NCBI RefSeq assembly: GCF_009914755.1
Contig: NC_060933.1
DNA: 64,000 bases
From: the human T2T-CHM13v2.0 reference genome, Homo sapiens
Reading direction: 5' to 3' (one strand)
Below the pieces are notes generated by a model. It was not told where the DNA came from. It made no database searches and saw only the letters and a program-made list of their open reading frames with translations. This document shows positions 52,386 to 64,000 of this stretch, in pieces; within the stretch, counting starts at the first letter, position 1, and every line of letters begins with the position of its first letter. The translations under genes and the position numbers were made by a program.

Positions 52386-55300
52386 TTAACACCGGGGATT
52401 GTTAGTGTCTATCACAACTACCTCTAATAGTAGCTTTGAAAGAGAAAACATTCACTTTTATTTGAAATGGTGGGGGGGAGCATTTTTTCTTGACACACTC
52501 CCTGCTGATTTGAAGCCCTAATAAAAGAATCATAGAGTGACCTCAAAGTTCAACTAGTCTAAGCTTGCAGGACAGGCAGAAATGACAGTCACATTAGCCC
52601 TGCTTAAACTCACCCCTTTGCAGAAGAACTGGTTATTGATTTTAGACTGTTGGGTTTTCCGATAATGAAAAATCTTCCTTGGCACTGATTAATCTGGAAT
52701 TCAGCTTCCTACAGCCTTTATCCACTTGTCTCATTTCTGTCCTCTGAGGATAAAGACAGGATCAATGGACTTAATTTTCCTATATAACTTGGAAACTTCT
52801 TGTATCAGGGAGCATAGAAAACATTAACATATATGTCCAGATAAGAGCTGATACAGTTCACCTTTCATTCCTTGTCAGGGGGAAATCATGCCTTCCTTGT
52901 CACCATTCCTACAAAGCACAAAGTTACTTAAATTTATACAGCACCAATCAGAACCCTGCCTCTCCATTAAGGAAAAAAAAAAGGCAATTATGCCAGGAAC
53001 TACATGAATTGCACTGTCAGACACAATGGCAACCCAACCCCATCATAAATGCCCCTCAAAAAACTAGATAAAACTGTCACTTCAGTATTCATTCTTCACA
53101 GAACACCCTAATGACTCCAAAATGCAATATTAGCTGATGCCCAAGAAGTTGGTGCCACTACAATATCTTGAACATAGCAGGAAACATAAATATTTGTAGC
53201 ATTTTGATATTACAGTACTAAAAGATCCACTGGATATACTGTCCATAGTATCAGGTAACTGCATAAAGAATAGGAAACAAAAATAAAACAAAATATAAAT
53301 AACAAAAAAGATTTTTAAATGGAGATGAATTTCTTTTATATTTGTTTAGTAATGCAGAGTTAAAATAAAAATGGCCACTCTAAGCTTAAAACTGTTTCAT
53401 TTTATCCCCAAAAGAGAATTTGTTACTGACTTGCAGCACTGACTTGCAGCTTCTCACAGTAACAATGTAAGAATATATGCTCAGTATACCCACAGTCACA
53501 ATGTGAGTGTGCGCTTTCAAAAATAATGTTACCAAAGCTCTTCTAAGAGCTTTTTTCCAAAAAGCTTTTTTTGGAAAACTTTTTTCCAAAGCTATACACA
53601 AATAATTTTTAATGTATTTTCCACTACTAATTATAATGACAGTTAATTTTATTTTCTATTTTGTCTGTACCTAAAGTTGTATTACTAATAACACATTGAT
53701 ATCTACCGCCATAGTATCTGAAGGGGTGGTAATCTGACTTGAGTTCTAATAATCATCTTTCATTGGATATACATCCTCAGTGTTGGTCAAGAATCAGTAC
53801 CTTGAAGAAAACAAGCCACACACTGCTTGATACAGGTCCATGTGGCAGGGAACGGCAGGAGCAGGTTCATATAACCTGGGTAGCCTACTGTCAACATCAA
53901 ACACATGAATACACAGTAAGGTATTTGAATTTCTACACTTCTTTCATTTTACAACACAGACCACAGTATCAGCCAATACTTTTGTGTTGATACTGTAATC
54001 CAGACATAAAAAACCATAATTATTATAATAATTCATACTTTTGTATAGCCTTTTACAGTTTACAAAAAGCTATCATATGTTTTATCTAATTGAGCCCTCA
54101 CAAGTACCAAATACTACACCGCTATCCATAGTGGGGCAACTGAACCCCTGAAAAGCTGAGCTACGTACTCCGTGTCATGGAACTATTAACCCACAGAGAT
54201 GAACTCGTGACTCCCAATATGTGGCTCCTTCTGTTAAACTGCAGAGGCTTCTATGACAAGTTATTCTTCAAAATGGAAATAGAAATAAGGCCCAGATTCA
54301 TCGACTCATAAATTGTCTTTTCTCACTCTGGATGCCACAACACATACATGTGGGGAGTTGGGGGCAATGATGATGATTGAAAAATAAAACACTCCAAGTG
54401 GGAATGGTTTGCATTCGACATTTTAAAGTCATTTGTTGAAAATAAATACCTAATACATAGACTCACAGTTATAAAACTGAAAAAGACCTTGAAAGTCATC
54501 TGTTCTTTAATCTTGATTTCACAGAAGAAAATGTGGTGACACACAGGGCACAGTGGACTCCCTAAAGGTCTCCTCACTAATCGCTAATGGGTAGCAGAAC
54601 CAGGACCATATGGAGTGTCAAGCTCTCTTCTGCTCTATGCCCTGATTCTGTTTCCCAACTAAAGGACTAAGCAAGGTCCAGATTATCTACAAGGAGACAT
54701 CACAGTGCTAGAGAGATTAGAAAACTAGGTCTTACCAACATCTTAAGTGTAAAAATTATTGATATTTTACATATCATTTAAAGCAGCAGGAAATTTACTT
54801 CCTAGAAGAAAAATAATCCATGCTATGTATTTTAGGCTCTCATTGCTAAGGTTAAGAAAAATTCCTAAAATATGACACTTCCTTCCCTTTAGATACACAG
54901 GGGTTTTGAATTTTGTTATTATAATAGACTTAAGTACATTCAAAATCAGTCTCTCCAAAACGTCACCACCTTTAATCAAATGAAGAGTAAAAAACCACTA
55001 ACTGAATACTGCATCATCCTTTATAGAGAAAGGTCTCTTCAACCCATGAAGTACATTATATCGATCCGTGTTCATGTTCTCAGACTGTCTTTTTCAGAAG
55101 TCTTCTGAAGGTCACTGTTAAGCTATTTTAAATGCAATGATATTTATTTATCTTCTGAAATTTAAATACAGGCAACAAAATATCTCTGAAGTTTAACTAC
55201 CCAACAAATCCAAAATTGGCTCAACTTGTAAGCTATTTGCTAAACAATATTAATTTTCACATTAAAAAAATAAATAATCTAATTAGACTATTGCATCTGC

Positions 55301-55580
55301 AAGTCTTTCAAAAGACTTCTTCGCCCCCTAATTCAAATAATATGAAATTCTTTTGGGGGAGGCAAAATATAAGAATTTTCTAGATAATATAGAATGCCAT
55401 TCCATAGGAAAAAAAATTATGTAGACCAACAGTAAATCTCTCAGATGATAGAAAATATTGACCAAAAAAACTGTTTTTTTGTCTCTTATTCACAAGATCA
55501 TTTTTCCACTTTAATATAAGGTTGAATCTATAGCAGATGCCGATGCTAATTGAGGAAAAATTCCATCCTTCAAGTTCTGA

Positions 55581-55671
55581 TCAATCTGAGGAAGGTTTTC
55601 TCCAGAGGTGAAGAGCTGCCTGAATTCTGAAGTGTAGTCTGGACTCCAGGGAGTAATCTTTGTAGTTGTTC
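55581..55671 (-). CDS. TTC39B: TTC39B terminal coding exon, stop TGA at 55583-55581
   Basis: Acceptor tgtcttcag|G. Encodes NNYKDYSLESRLHFRIQAALHLWRKPSSD*; Y..YSLESRLHFRI is the characteristic TTC39-family C-terminus. Confidence 0.96.
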
Positions 55672-55779
55672 CTGAAGACAATAACAATAAAATTGTACAG
55701 TCAAAATTTCCTTATATACCAGGTACCACCACTCTCCCATTCCTCTCTCTGATCTACTTACTTACTTTCAAACTCTAAT

Positions 55780-55910
55780 ATACATAACCGTAGATCTTAG
55801 TAAAATGCAGATTCTGGTTCTGTTGGGGGGTTTTGGGGGGAACTGCAATAATCTGCATTTCTAGAAGCTTCCTGGTGGTCATCTAAAGGTCATACTTTGA
55901 GTAGCAAGGT
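55780..55910. mobile_element. MER5-like hAT fragment
   Basis: aaaatgcagattctgg...ctgcatttcta...catactttgagtagcaagg. Confidence 0.65.
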
Positions 55911-56899
55911 TCTGCTTAATTACCAAATCATTCACAAGCATAGCAAGAAGTTGTGAGAAGGGCTGTACAAATTTTGTGAACTAGTCCTAAATAATTAGAC
56001 TTCCTTTTTTAAATTGGAAAATTTTAAGGTAGGTGCATATAAACATGGTTAGCATGATCACATGATCGATCACTCAAGAAACTCAAATGAAACAACTGCA
56101 ACAAAGGCAGCAGAATTACTTAATGACGTCAAAATTACTTATTCCAATTCTCACATGTAAATATCAATGGTTTGGCCAATAATTACATAATAATTAGGCC
56201 AATGTCTTTAAAGGGGGCCATAGAAATCCAAAGATTATTTAAAACCTGCCTAAGAGCATTTATGTTGACCTCCCTTTACCAGAATTGTTAAGAATCAGAA
56301 AAATGGAATATTTTTACATACTGCCTTGGCCCATGGGTGAGCTATAACTGTTTTCTTTACAGTGGCACTTATTTCTATAGCCCTTCATTTTGAACAGGTA
56401 TAAGGGCTACTCACTGGTAATCTTGATGTGGGTTAGTAAAATGTATTATTCATAAACTAAAATCAATATGTTACTGGAGTTTACCGACAGATGGAATTGA
56501 GTATTTTCCTAAATGCCACCAATGTGGGCAACTTTGCAAAGCTCCTAATGCATAAAGGGAAAGTGCAGATAATAGTCTTGGAATTACTGGGAAGTATCTT
56601 TATGTTTGAATTGTCAGTATTGTCTTGAGTTAGTGGAGGCTTTTCATTGCTTTTTAGCAGTGAGTTACTAGTCTTTTATTTTTATCTTATAAAGTTGCCT
56701 TATTATACATTGTATATTCAAATAATGAATATTTGGAACAGCAGCATTTATAATCCATAATTTTCCAATAGCTGGATTTGAAGATATCTATATCTAACAC
56801 ATGAAATATTGGTCATACTCCCAACAAATTAACTTTAAAAGCAACTTGCTCTCATATCACCTATATATAAATATTTTAAGGAAGCCCTTCTTGGCTCTA

Positions 56900-57880
56900 C
56901 CATGCCCGTAAAGCTTTTGCCCCATTACGATGTTCTATTCACAGCAAACATCCTAAAAGAGTTGCCTAAAGTAGCAGACTCCATTTTGTTTGTCACCTCA
57001 TTTGTCAAGGTCACCAATGATACTCATGCTGCCAAATTCAGCAGCCACTTTTCTGGTCTTAACTTGTTTGACCTCTTAGTTGCTGCCCTCATAACTGACC
57101 ATGCTCTTCTTTTTGAAACACTATTTGGTTGGCTTTCCTAGATGTCTTCCTAACTCTCTTAATCTTCTTAATCTTATCATTTAATGTCTAAGAAGATGGC
57201 ATATCCCAGACATTGTGCTAGACCTCTTTCTCTAGCTATATAACATTCACAAAATGACTTCATCACACGCCATTGCTTTAAATATTACTGTCTCTGTGCT
57301 GTTGACTGCAATCTCTACATTCAGCCCTGACCTTATCACTGAACTTCATGCTAAGTATGAACGCCAACTTGCCATCTACCTAATATGAGTACCTAATAGC
57401 CATCTTAAAGAATCATGGTCTGAACAGAAGTATGTTTCGTTCTCTCCCCAAATACATTCTTCTAAGTATTCCCCAGCACAGCAGAAAGCATCATCATTGA
57501 CCCAGTGGCTCAACCTCCTCAATGCAGATGTTCACTAACTGTGACTTCTGTCAGGAATGCTCCCTACCTAGTTGGTTGATTTCTGATGACTGATCTCAAG
57601 ATTGGCTTTAATTATGCAAATCTCAGCTACAATATCATTTCCCCAAGGAAATATTTCAGAATCAATCTATCCTGAAGTAACACCCAGGCACCATGTATCA
57701 TATTATAAATCTCAGCAAACATATACCACTGATATTTTTCTTGTCTATTTAGTATCTCCCTCTGGCTAACAGAGCAGAAGTATTGCCTGCTTAGTTTATA
57801 GTTGTCTCTCTAAAGCCTTTACTAGTGTCTGACACATAATAGGTGCTCAGTGAATAACTGCTGAATTTGAATAAATGGAC
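56900..57880 (+). mobile_element. L2 fragment
   Basis: gtcaaggtcaccaatga...ctgacacataataggtgctcagtgaata. Confidence 0.75.
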
Positions 57881-58138
57881 AAATCACTGTTTATGACCTA
57901 GAGCTAGTCTGGCATTCTTTCTCTACTGCAGAAAGTGTTCAAGGCAAACAGGCCACAGGGTTTTTGCCTTACCTAAGTGATCCATGACCACAGGTCTAAA
58001 AGCTATTGTCTACCAGAATTGATAAAAATACTTTGAAACTGCCGCAATAAACAGAAAAAACAGAGTCTGGGTAAGATCTGCAAGCTTCACAAGATCAATG
58101 GCTCTTCAAGGAAATAATAGGTATGGCTGAATACAATG

Positions 58139-58309
58139 AAGGTTGGCAAACTAGGACCCAAGGGCCAAATCTAAACATACCCATCTGTTTACATATTACC
58201 TTCTATGACTTCTTTTGATATAATGGAGTAGTTGCAATGGAGACTTTATGCTATAAAGCTAAAAATATTTACTATCTAGCCATTTACACAAAAAGCTGGC
58301 CAACCCCTG
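58139..58309. mobile_element. MER58-like hAT element
   Basis: Terminal inverted repeats ggttggcaaac...gctggccaacccctg. Confidence 0.65.
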
Positions 58310-58577
58310 ATATAGAATAAAATAAGTTAGAAATCTTTCAAATAGATGCCCATAATCATATCTGTAAACAGTCACAGGGTGAGGCAGTAAGAGGGTTGGA
58401 AACAGCACAATTACAGCAAAAGCCATGAGCATAAATCAACCAGAAGTTAGCAAAAGTAGCATTATTACTAATTTGACATTGTTAATTGTTAAGTATATAA
58501 TGTTACTGCTGTTGTTAGAGCAGTACTGACATTTCTGACTCCATAACAATCAAGGAAAAGCTGCCTTCAACACTTAC

Positions 58578-58694
58578 CTTGCAGTTTCTAGGAACTTTAT
58601 GGCCTTGTCAATTTCCCCCTGGCTTTTATACAAAGATGCCAATTCAAATAGAGTGAACGGCACTAGGTAGTGGTCATACTTCAGTAGCTTTTCA
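58578..58694 (-). CDS. TTC39B: TTC39B penultimate exon (117 nt)
   Basis: Acceptor ctctgctctttcag|T, donor AG|gtaagt. Encodes EKLLKYDHYLVPFTLFELASLYKSQGEIDKAIKFLETA(R), in frame with both neighbours. Confidence 0.96.
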
Positions 58695-61254
58695 CTGAAA
58701 GAGCAGAGGAAAATCAAGTAAATCTTAACAGAACAAGAAATACACATTTTTCTAAATATATATTATTCCCATTCTTCAGAAAACATGTGCAGCACTAAGT
58801 CTATTATCATAGAAAGGCGGCCATTGTATAGTTATGGAACTCATTAAACTATGGCAATAAATAATGTTCTTTTCCTATATTAATCTTTTATTCCTTAATG
58901 TAAACCCAGCACTGATGGTTGATCGCTGTCTCTTAAGTAAATCAGCGCATACGGATCTTTAAAGATTAACCCTAGAAATGGCAAGATCATCTTTCTGAAC
59001 ACAAATGTGTTCAGAAAATGACTCCATTTAGAAATAAGAAAGTTGTATTATTTTTAAACTAAGGTTCAACTCCCTTTGTATTTTAAAGTCTTATAATACT
59101 TTAAAAGGCCAATAAAGAAATGGTCAACACTTCTGTTTTCAGCACTATTAGGAGAACACTCTGGTTATAAAACATGTAAAAGCAATGAAAAAAAATACAA
59201 CTAACACCATTTCAAATGCATAGCTTAGCTCACCAGAACATAAGAAAAAACCCTCAAGTGCCAAAAACAGCTAGAATTGAAAAAGTGAGACTCTACATAT
59301 GTGGGATGATGCTGAATGAGCCCTGTGGTCTACCTCCAACTGAGTCAAGGGCTTTGTACCCTAATGTCCATGCAGGAGATGAGGCCTTGGGCCCACAGAA
59401 AGCAGGGAGCTGAAACTGAGACCTCTATTTAAAGCTGGGATCCTTACAGGACTACTCCTTAAGACAAAGGCAGGTTAGAACAAACCCACTCACTGGCAAA
59501 GGAGGAAGACAAAGACAGTTGTCTCCTTGGCCAGCACTTTCAATGAGAAGAAAAAAGAATTCCTTAGGAAATCAATAACCAATAGGCCTGCCCACATTGA
59601 ATGTGCAATTCAAATTTACATTGTCTAAATGATCCAAGAAGTAAGCAATGAAATTAACATGAAAGAGGCCCTGGGCAGAAAAAACCTTTAGGGTACCTGA
59701 CAGAAATAAAATGCAAAATCACTGTAGAGCAACTCTTCTTCAGTATAGCCTCATGGGAATCTCAAGAAAAAACTCCAATGAAGGTGAGTTCACAATCCAC
59801 AATTATAAAGCACATGAGCAAACAATTCACTATGAGATTCACATACAAAAAAACAGCACAATAGGTCATCCTTTTGATCATCCTTTTAATCCTTATAGAA
59901 ACACTAATAAAATAGAATTCAATAGATATTTCTTTAACATGTTTACTAATTACAGAATATTACTAAAGACAGTACATTTGGGAAGTAGATATTTTCTCTT
60001 TATTCTTACAGGGGCACAAGTCCTCCTATATTCCCATCAATACTGTCAGGAAGAAGGGGATCAGGTGGCCACGGATGGAAAGGCACATGACACAGAGCAC
60101 AGGATGTCCACCAGCAGTCTATAGCTGTGATTGTTTTGGCTTGCAGAATATTTTCAAAAAATTTGAGCCAATATTTTAAAATCAGGTGATTTTACATAAT
60201 ATCCAGATTCCAGGCTTCTCGTGAAAAATGGTAGGGATTATTGCTATTGGGCCCACACTGTGCAAAGCAATAATCAAATAGAGCTGAGGAGTGTGGCTAC
60301 ACTCTTCAGAGAAAACACCCTGACCTATAGAGCCTACCAATCCTATTCCTGCCACCACTCAGCCGGCCTTATTAAGTAAGGTTACATATCTGGCCCCTGT
60401 AAATACTGCATTTGTGATACAGAGAAAAGGGCCAGGCATCAGTACCCTGATTCAACTCTATGGTTAGTAATGGAGCAGGACATCATCATCAATGCTACTG
60501 AGGGGGAATAAAACCAGAACAAAACTCAATTATATACAGAAGAACTGCCCTTTGCCAAAAGAGAGACAGAGTGCTCATCACATGCCTCTCTTTACTGCCA
60601 AATTATTATCACGGTGATGGCAAGTCTGTTTACTCAGCTCTGAATCCTTAGAATCCAGCACAGTCTCTGGCATATAGTGGGTGCTCAAATATCCATGGAA
60701 TAAATGAATGGACAAATAAATGTATGAATTAAATTAGTATCAGAAGCCAGGCATAGTAGTGCACACTTGTAGTCCCAGCTACTCAAGAGGCTAAGCTGGG
60801 AGTATCTCTTAAGCTCAGGAGTTCCAGGCTGCAGTGAGCCATGATTGTACTACTTGCACTCCAGTCTGGACAACAAGGAAAGTCTCCCATCTCTTAAAAA
60901 AAAAGAAAAGAAAAGAAAAACTAAAGAAATATGTAAAAAACAAAAAAATTAATGAGTAGCAGAGATTCAGTATGATGCTGCCAGAGTTTGGCTAGACACC
61001 TGTTAGTTGAGCTATAAATACAGTTTTTGTAAGTCATCTTTAAACATCAAGTAGAAATACATAAAGTCATGTTCCACCCAGACCATAATTTTGTTCACGA
61101 GGAAGAACAACAACAACACACTACTGGATTTTCTTTCTGGTAACACCAAGTAAGAGTTTAGCAGTAAGAGATAAAAGCATTTTGCATCACTTTCTCACAG
61201 CAATTCCCCAGAAACCACAATTTGCACTTGGGCTGGTTTTATTGTTTGGTCTTA

Positions 61255-61374
<120 letters not shown>

Positions 61375-61378
61375 TTAA

Positions 61379-61727
<349 letters not shown>

Positions 61728-61850
61728 TTAAGATCTTAATTAAGAGAAAGAACAAAGTTTCAGAGGGATCATTTACAAATAAGGAAAACTTTTTAGCATT
61801 TGTTATGCCTCACTAAATAAAATACAATGAAATTATTTTAAATGAAAAGA

Positions 61851-62130
61851 ACTGGGCACAGTGGCTCACATCTGTAATCCCAATGCTTTGGGAGGCCAAG
61901 GTGGGAAGCTCACTTGAGCCCAGGAGTTCAGGACCAGCCTGGGCAATACAATGAGACCCCGTCTCTACAAAAAAAAATTTTTTTAATTACTGGGCATGAT
62001 GGCACATGCCTGTAGTCCCAGCTACTCAGAGATAGAGGCAGGAAGATCATTTGAGCCCAGCAGTTGGAGGCTGCAGTGAGCTATGATGGCGCCACTGCAC
62101 TGCAGCCTGGGTGAAAGAGCAAGACCCCAT
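61851..62130 (+). mobile_element. AluJ
   Basis: J-type right arm. Confidence 0.9.
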
Positions 62131-64000
62131 CTGATATACACATACATTCCTACAGTGCTGAATTTACTATATCAGAACATCATTTTATTAAGGAGTTCAC
62201 TCTATTCACTTTAAAATATTCTTCAGGTGGTCACGCTCTGAGCTTTGTGACCTTAGATACAACAACCGAAAATCTGAGCTCTAAATAAAGAGCTTTATTA
62301 ATTCTATAAAAGGTAAAGCCATGAGGAACAAGAAGGCTGCCTCCTCCTGTTGTTTGGCTTCTGTGTTGGCTTCAATACAGGAGAGGATAACACTTCCATA
62401 TGGAGAAGCAGATGGCCTTATCCCCATTAAAAATTCAGGAAGTAGAATACCCTCTCCAGATCATTATGTTTACAACTTATCAATTCTCCCAGGTTGTGTT
62501 CTTTTTGGGGAAAACTATGCCATAAGATTTAACAAAACGGTTCTGAAGTACATGAAAGGCACCTAAAATCTCCACAAACTTCTAACTGCTTGAGGAAAAT
62601 GTCAAGGATTTTTTCACCACTTTTTCCCTTTTGAAAATGCTCTCTGCCTTCTACAGCCCAAGACAAATGTGTGTTAAACAGAAGGAACCATATTACGTGT
62701 GACATCTATCTGACAAAGGTAGCCATTCCACATTTACACTTTTGAAATTTTTTTGCAAGTTACAGGCAAGTACAACGTTATTCCAAGACAGAACGACAAT
62801 TTACACATTTCAGGCTGTGACAGTAGAGAGGACGGCAGTAAAGGGAACATACGAGGCCCTGGGAGTCCCTCCTATTGAAATCCTCCTGCTTTCAGCACAA
62901 ACCTCAGAAATCATCATTAACACATGCTGGCAGTTAAGATGGTAAACCACTTGACTATGGAGATTAACAATGCTACTTAACCAACCAGAAAGGGGTTACT
63001 TCTTAGGTGCTGAAAACTGAATATTCACCTCTAACTTTCAAGCTCTGATAGGTCATTCACCCAGAAAACCACGGGTATCAATAACACATTACCTTTTCTA
63101 TTATTTATTTAGAATCATTTTTCTACCAAAATAAAATTCTATCCATTGCTTTTAATCACGGATGTTAAAACAGACATTCAAGAAGTAATATCTTTTAGGA
63201 CCTAGAACCAAAACCAAAGGGTCCATATTGGATGCTAGCTTGTAGTATCATTTTTGTGCATTCTACTGAGTTTCCTGTAGCATTGTATCGACAGTTTGTA
63301 TTATGACAACATTCTGGTGCTCTGTGAATGATGATTTTGTTGAGGAACAGACGTAACATCATGGGAAGTTAAAATACTAGTAAAGCCGCATGTAACTTCT
63401 GTGACGAACTTGAGTTAGGCATATGGCGACTGGGTTCAAAAATACTATATTCCTCCAAAAACCTTAGATGGCAAAATCATTATTTCCTCCGACTACAGAC
63501 CATTATCTAGCAGATGATTATTTTCCCTTGAAGTATAAATGCTTTGTCATGATTTTCAACCTCATGAAAGTGTTCATAGATGAACATTTCGACACACAAC
63601 ACACATGTAATATGTTTCCATTTAACATTCAAAGAAAATTACATGATAAAGCTACTAGAGTACAATTTTACGACAAAAGATCCGCTGAACTTTTATGGTG
63701 GATAGGCTGAGAAACAGGGAAGTTTGAAGCCCAAACTACAAAAAGTATCTATGCTGAAATTTTTAGAAGCTAGCTGAAATGGCCCCAAGAGAAAAATCTG
63801 AAAATAGATTTAGAAAGTAAAAAGTCATAAAGTCAGTATCACTTTCCCTTTTACATAACTCTCATAATGTTTGCTATATAATTTCATTAAGCAAATTAGT
63901 CAAAGTGGAACTTCTGGTTACATGTTGAATTTAGTTAGATTTCAAATGAAACACTATTGGAATTAATACCAAATGCTGACTCCAGGGATGTCACCAAATT

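Noticed and set aside
59711-60124. 137-aa ATG-initiated ORF antisense in a TTC39B intron
   Set aside because: It overlaps degraded L1-like sequence and has no protein similarity I recognise.

Overview
Primate (human-like) genomic DNA, rich in Alu, LINE and LTR elements. The only protein-coding content I can support is the last three exons of TTC39B on the minus strand (61373-61256, 58694-58578, 55671-55581), followed by an apparently ~8.4 kb 3' UTR ending near 47.15 kb. The rest is intergenic or possibly intronic to a + strand non-coding transcript (candidate exons at 36-138 and 26492-~26750). It also holds a retroposed U6 snRNA pseudogene, about 30 Alus, several solo LTRs, and L1/L2/MIR/DNA-transposon fossils. 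The most unusual structure is a ~1.9 kb purine-only AAG(GAG)n triplet array (8528-10426) grown from an Alu tail inside nested insertions. Its distal end carries a ~230 bp copy of an Alu/LTR junction located 11 kb away, and that copy supplies an in-frame ATG for a 661-codon Ser/Phe ORF on the minus strand. Other points of interest are a degenerate 16-bp minisatellite, an ancient L1-clade RT fossil, an Alu with a ~58 bp flanking duplication, a CTCF site with upstream motif, and inverted Alus in the TTC39B 3' UTR. Repeat family names come from my recall of consensus sequences, and repeat boundaries are approximate.
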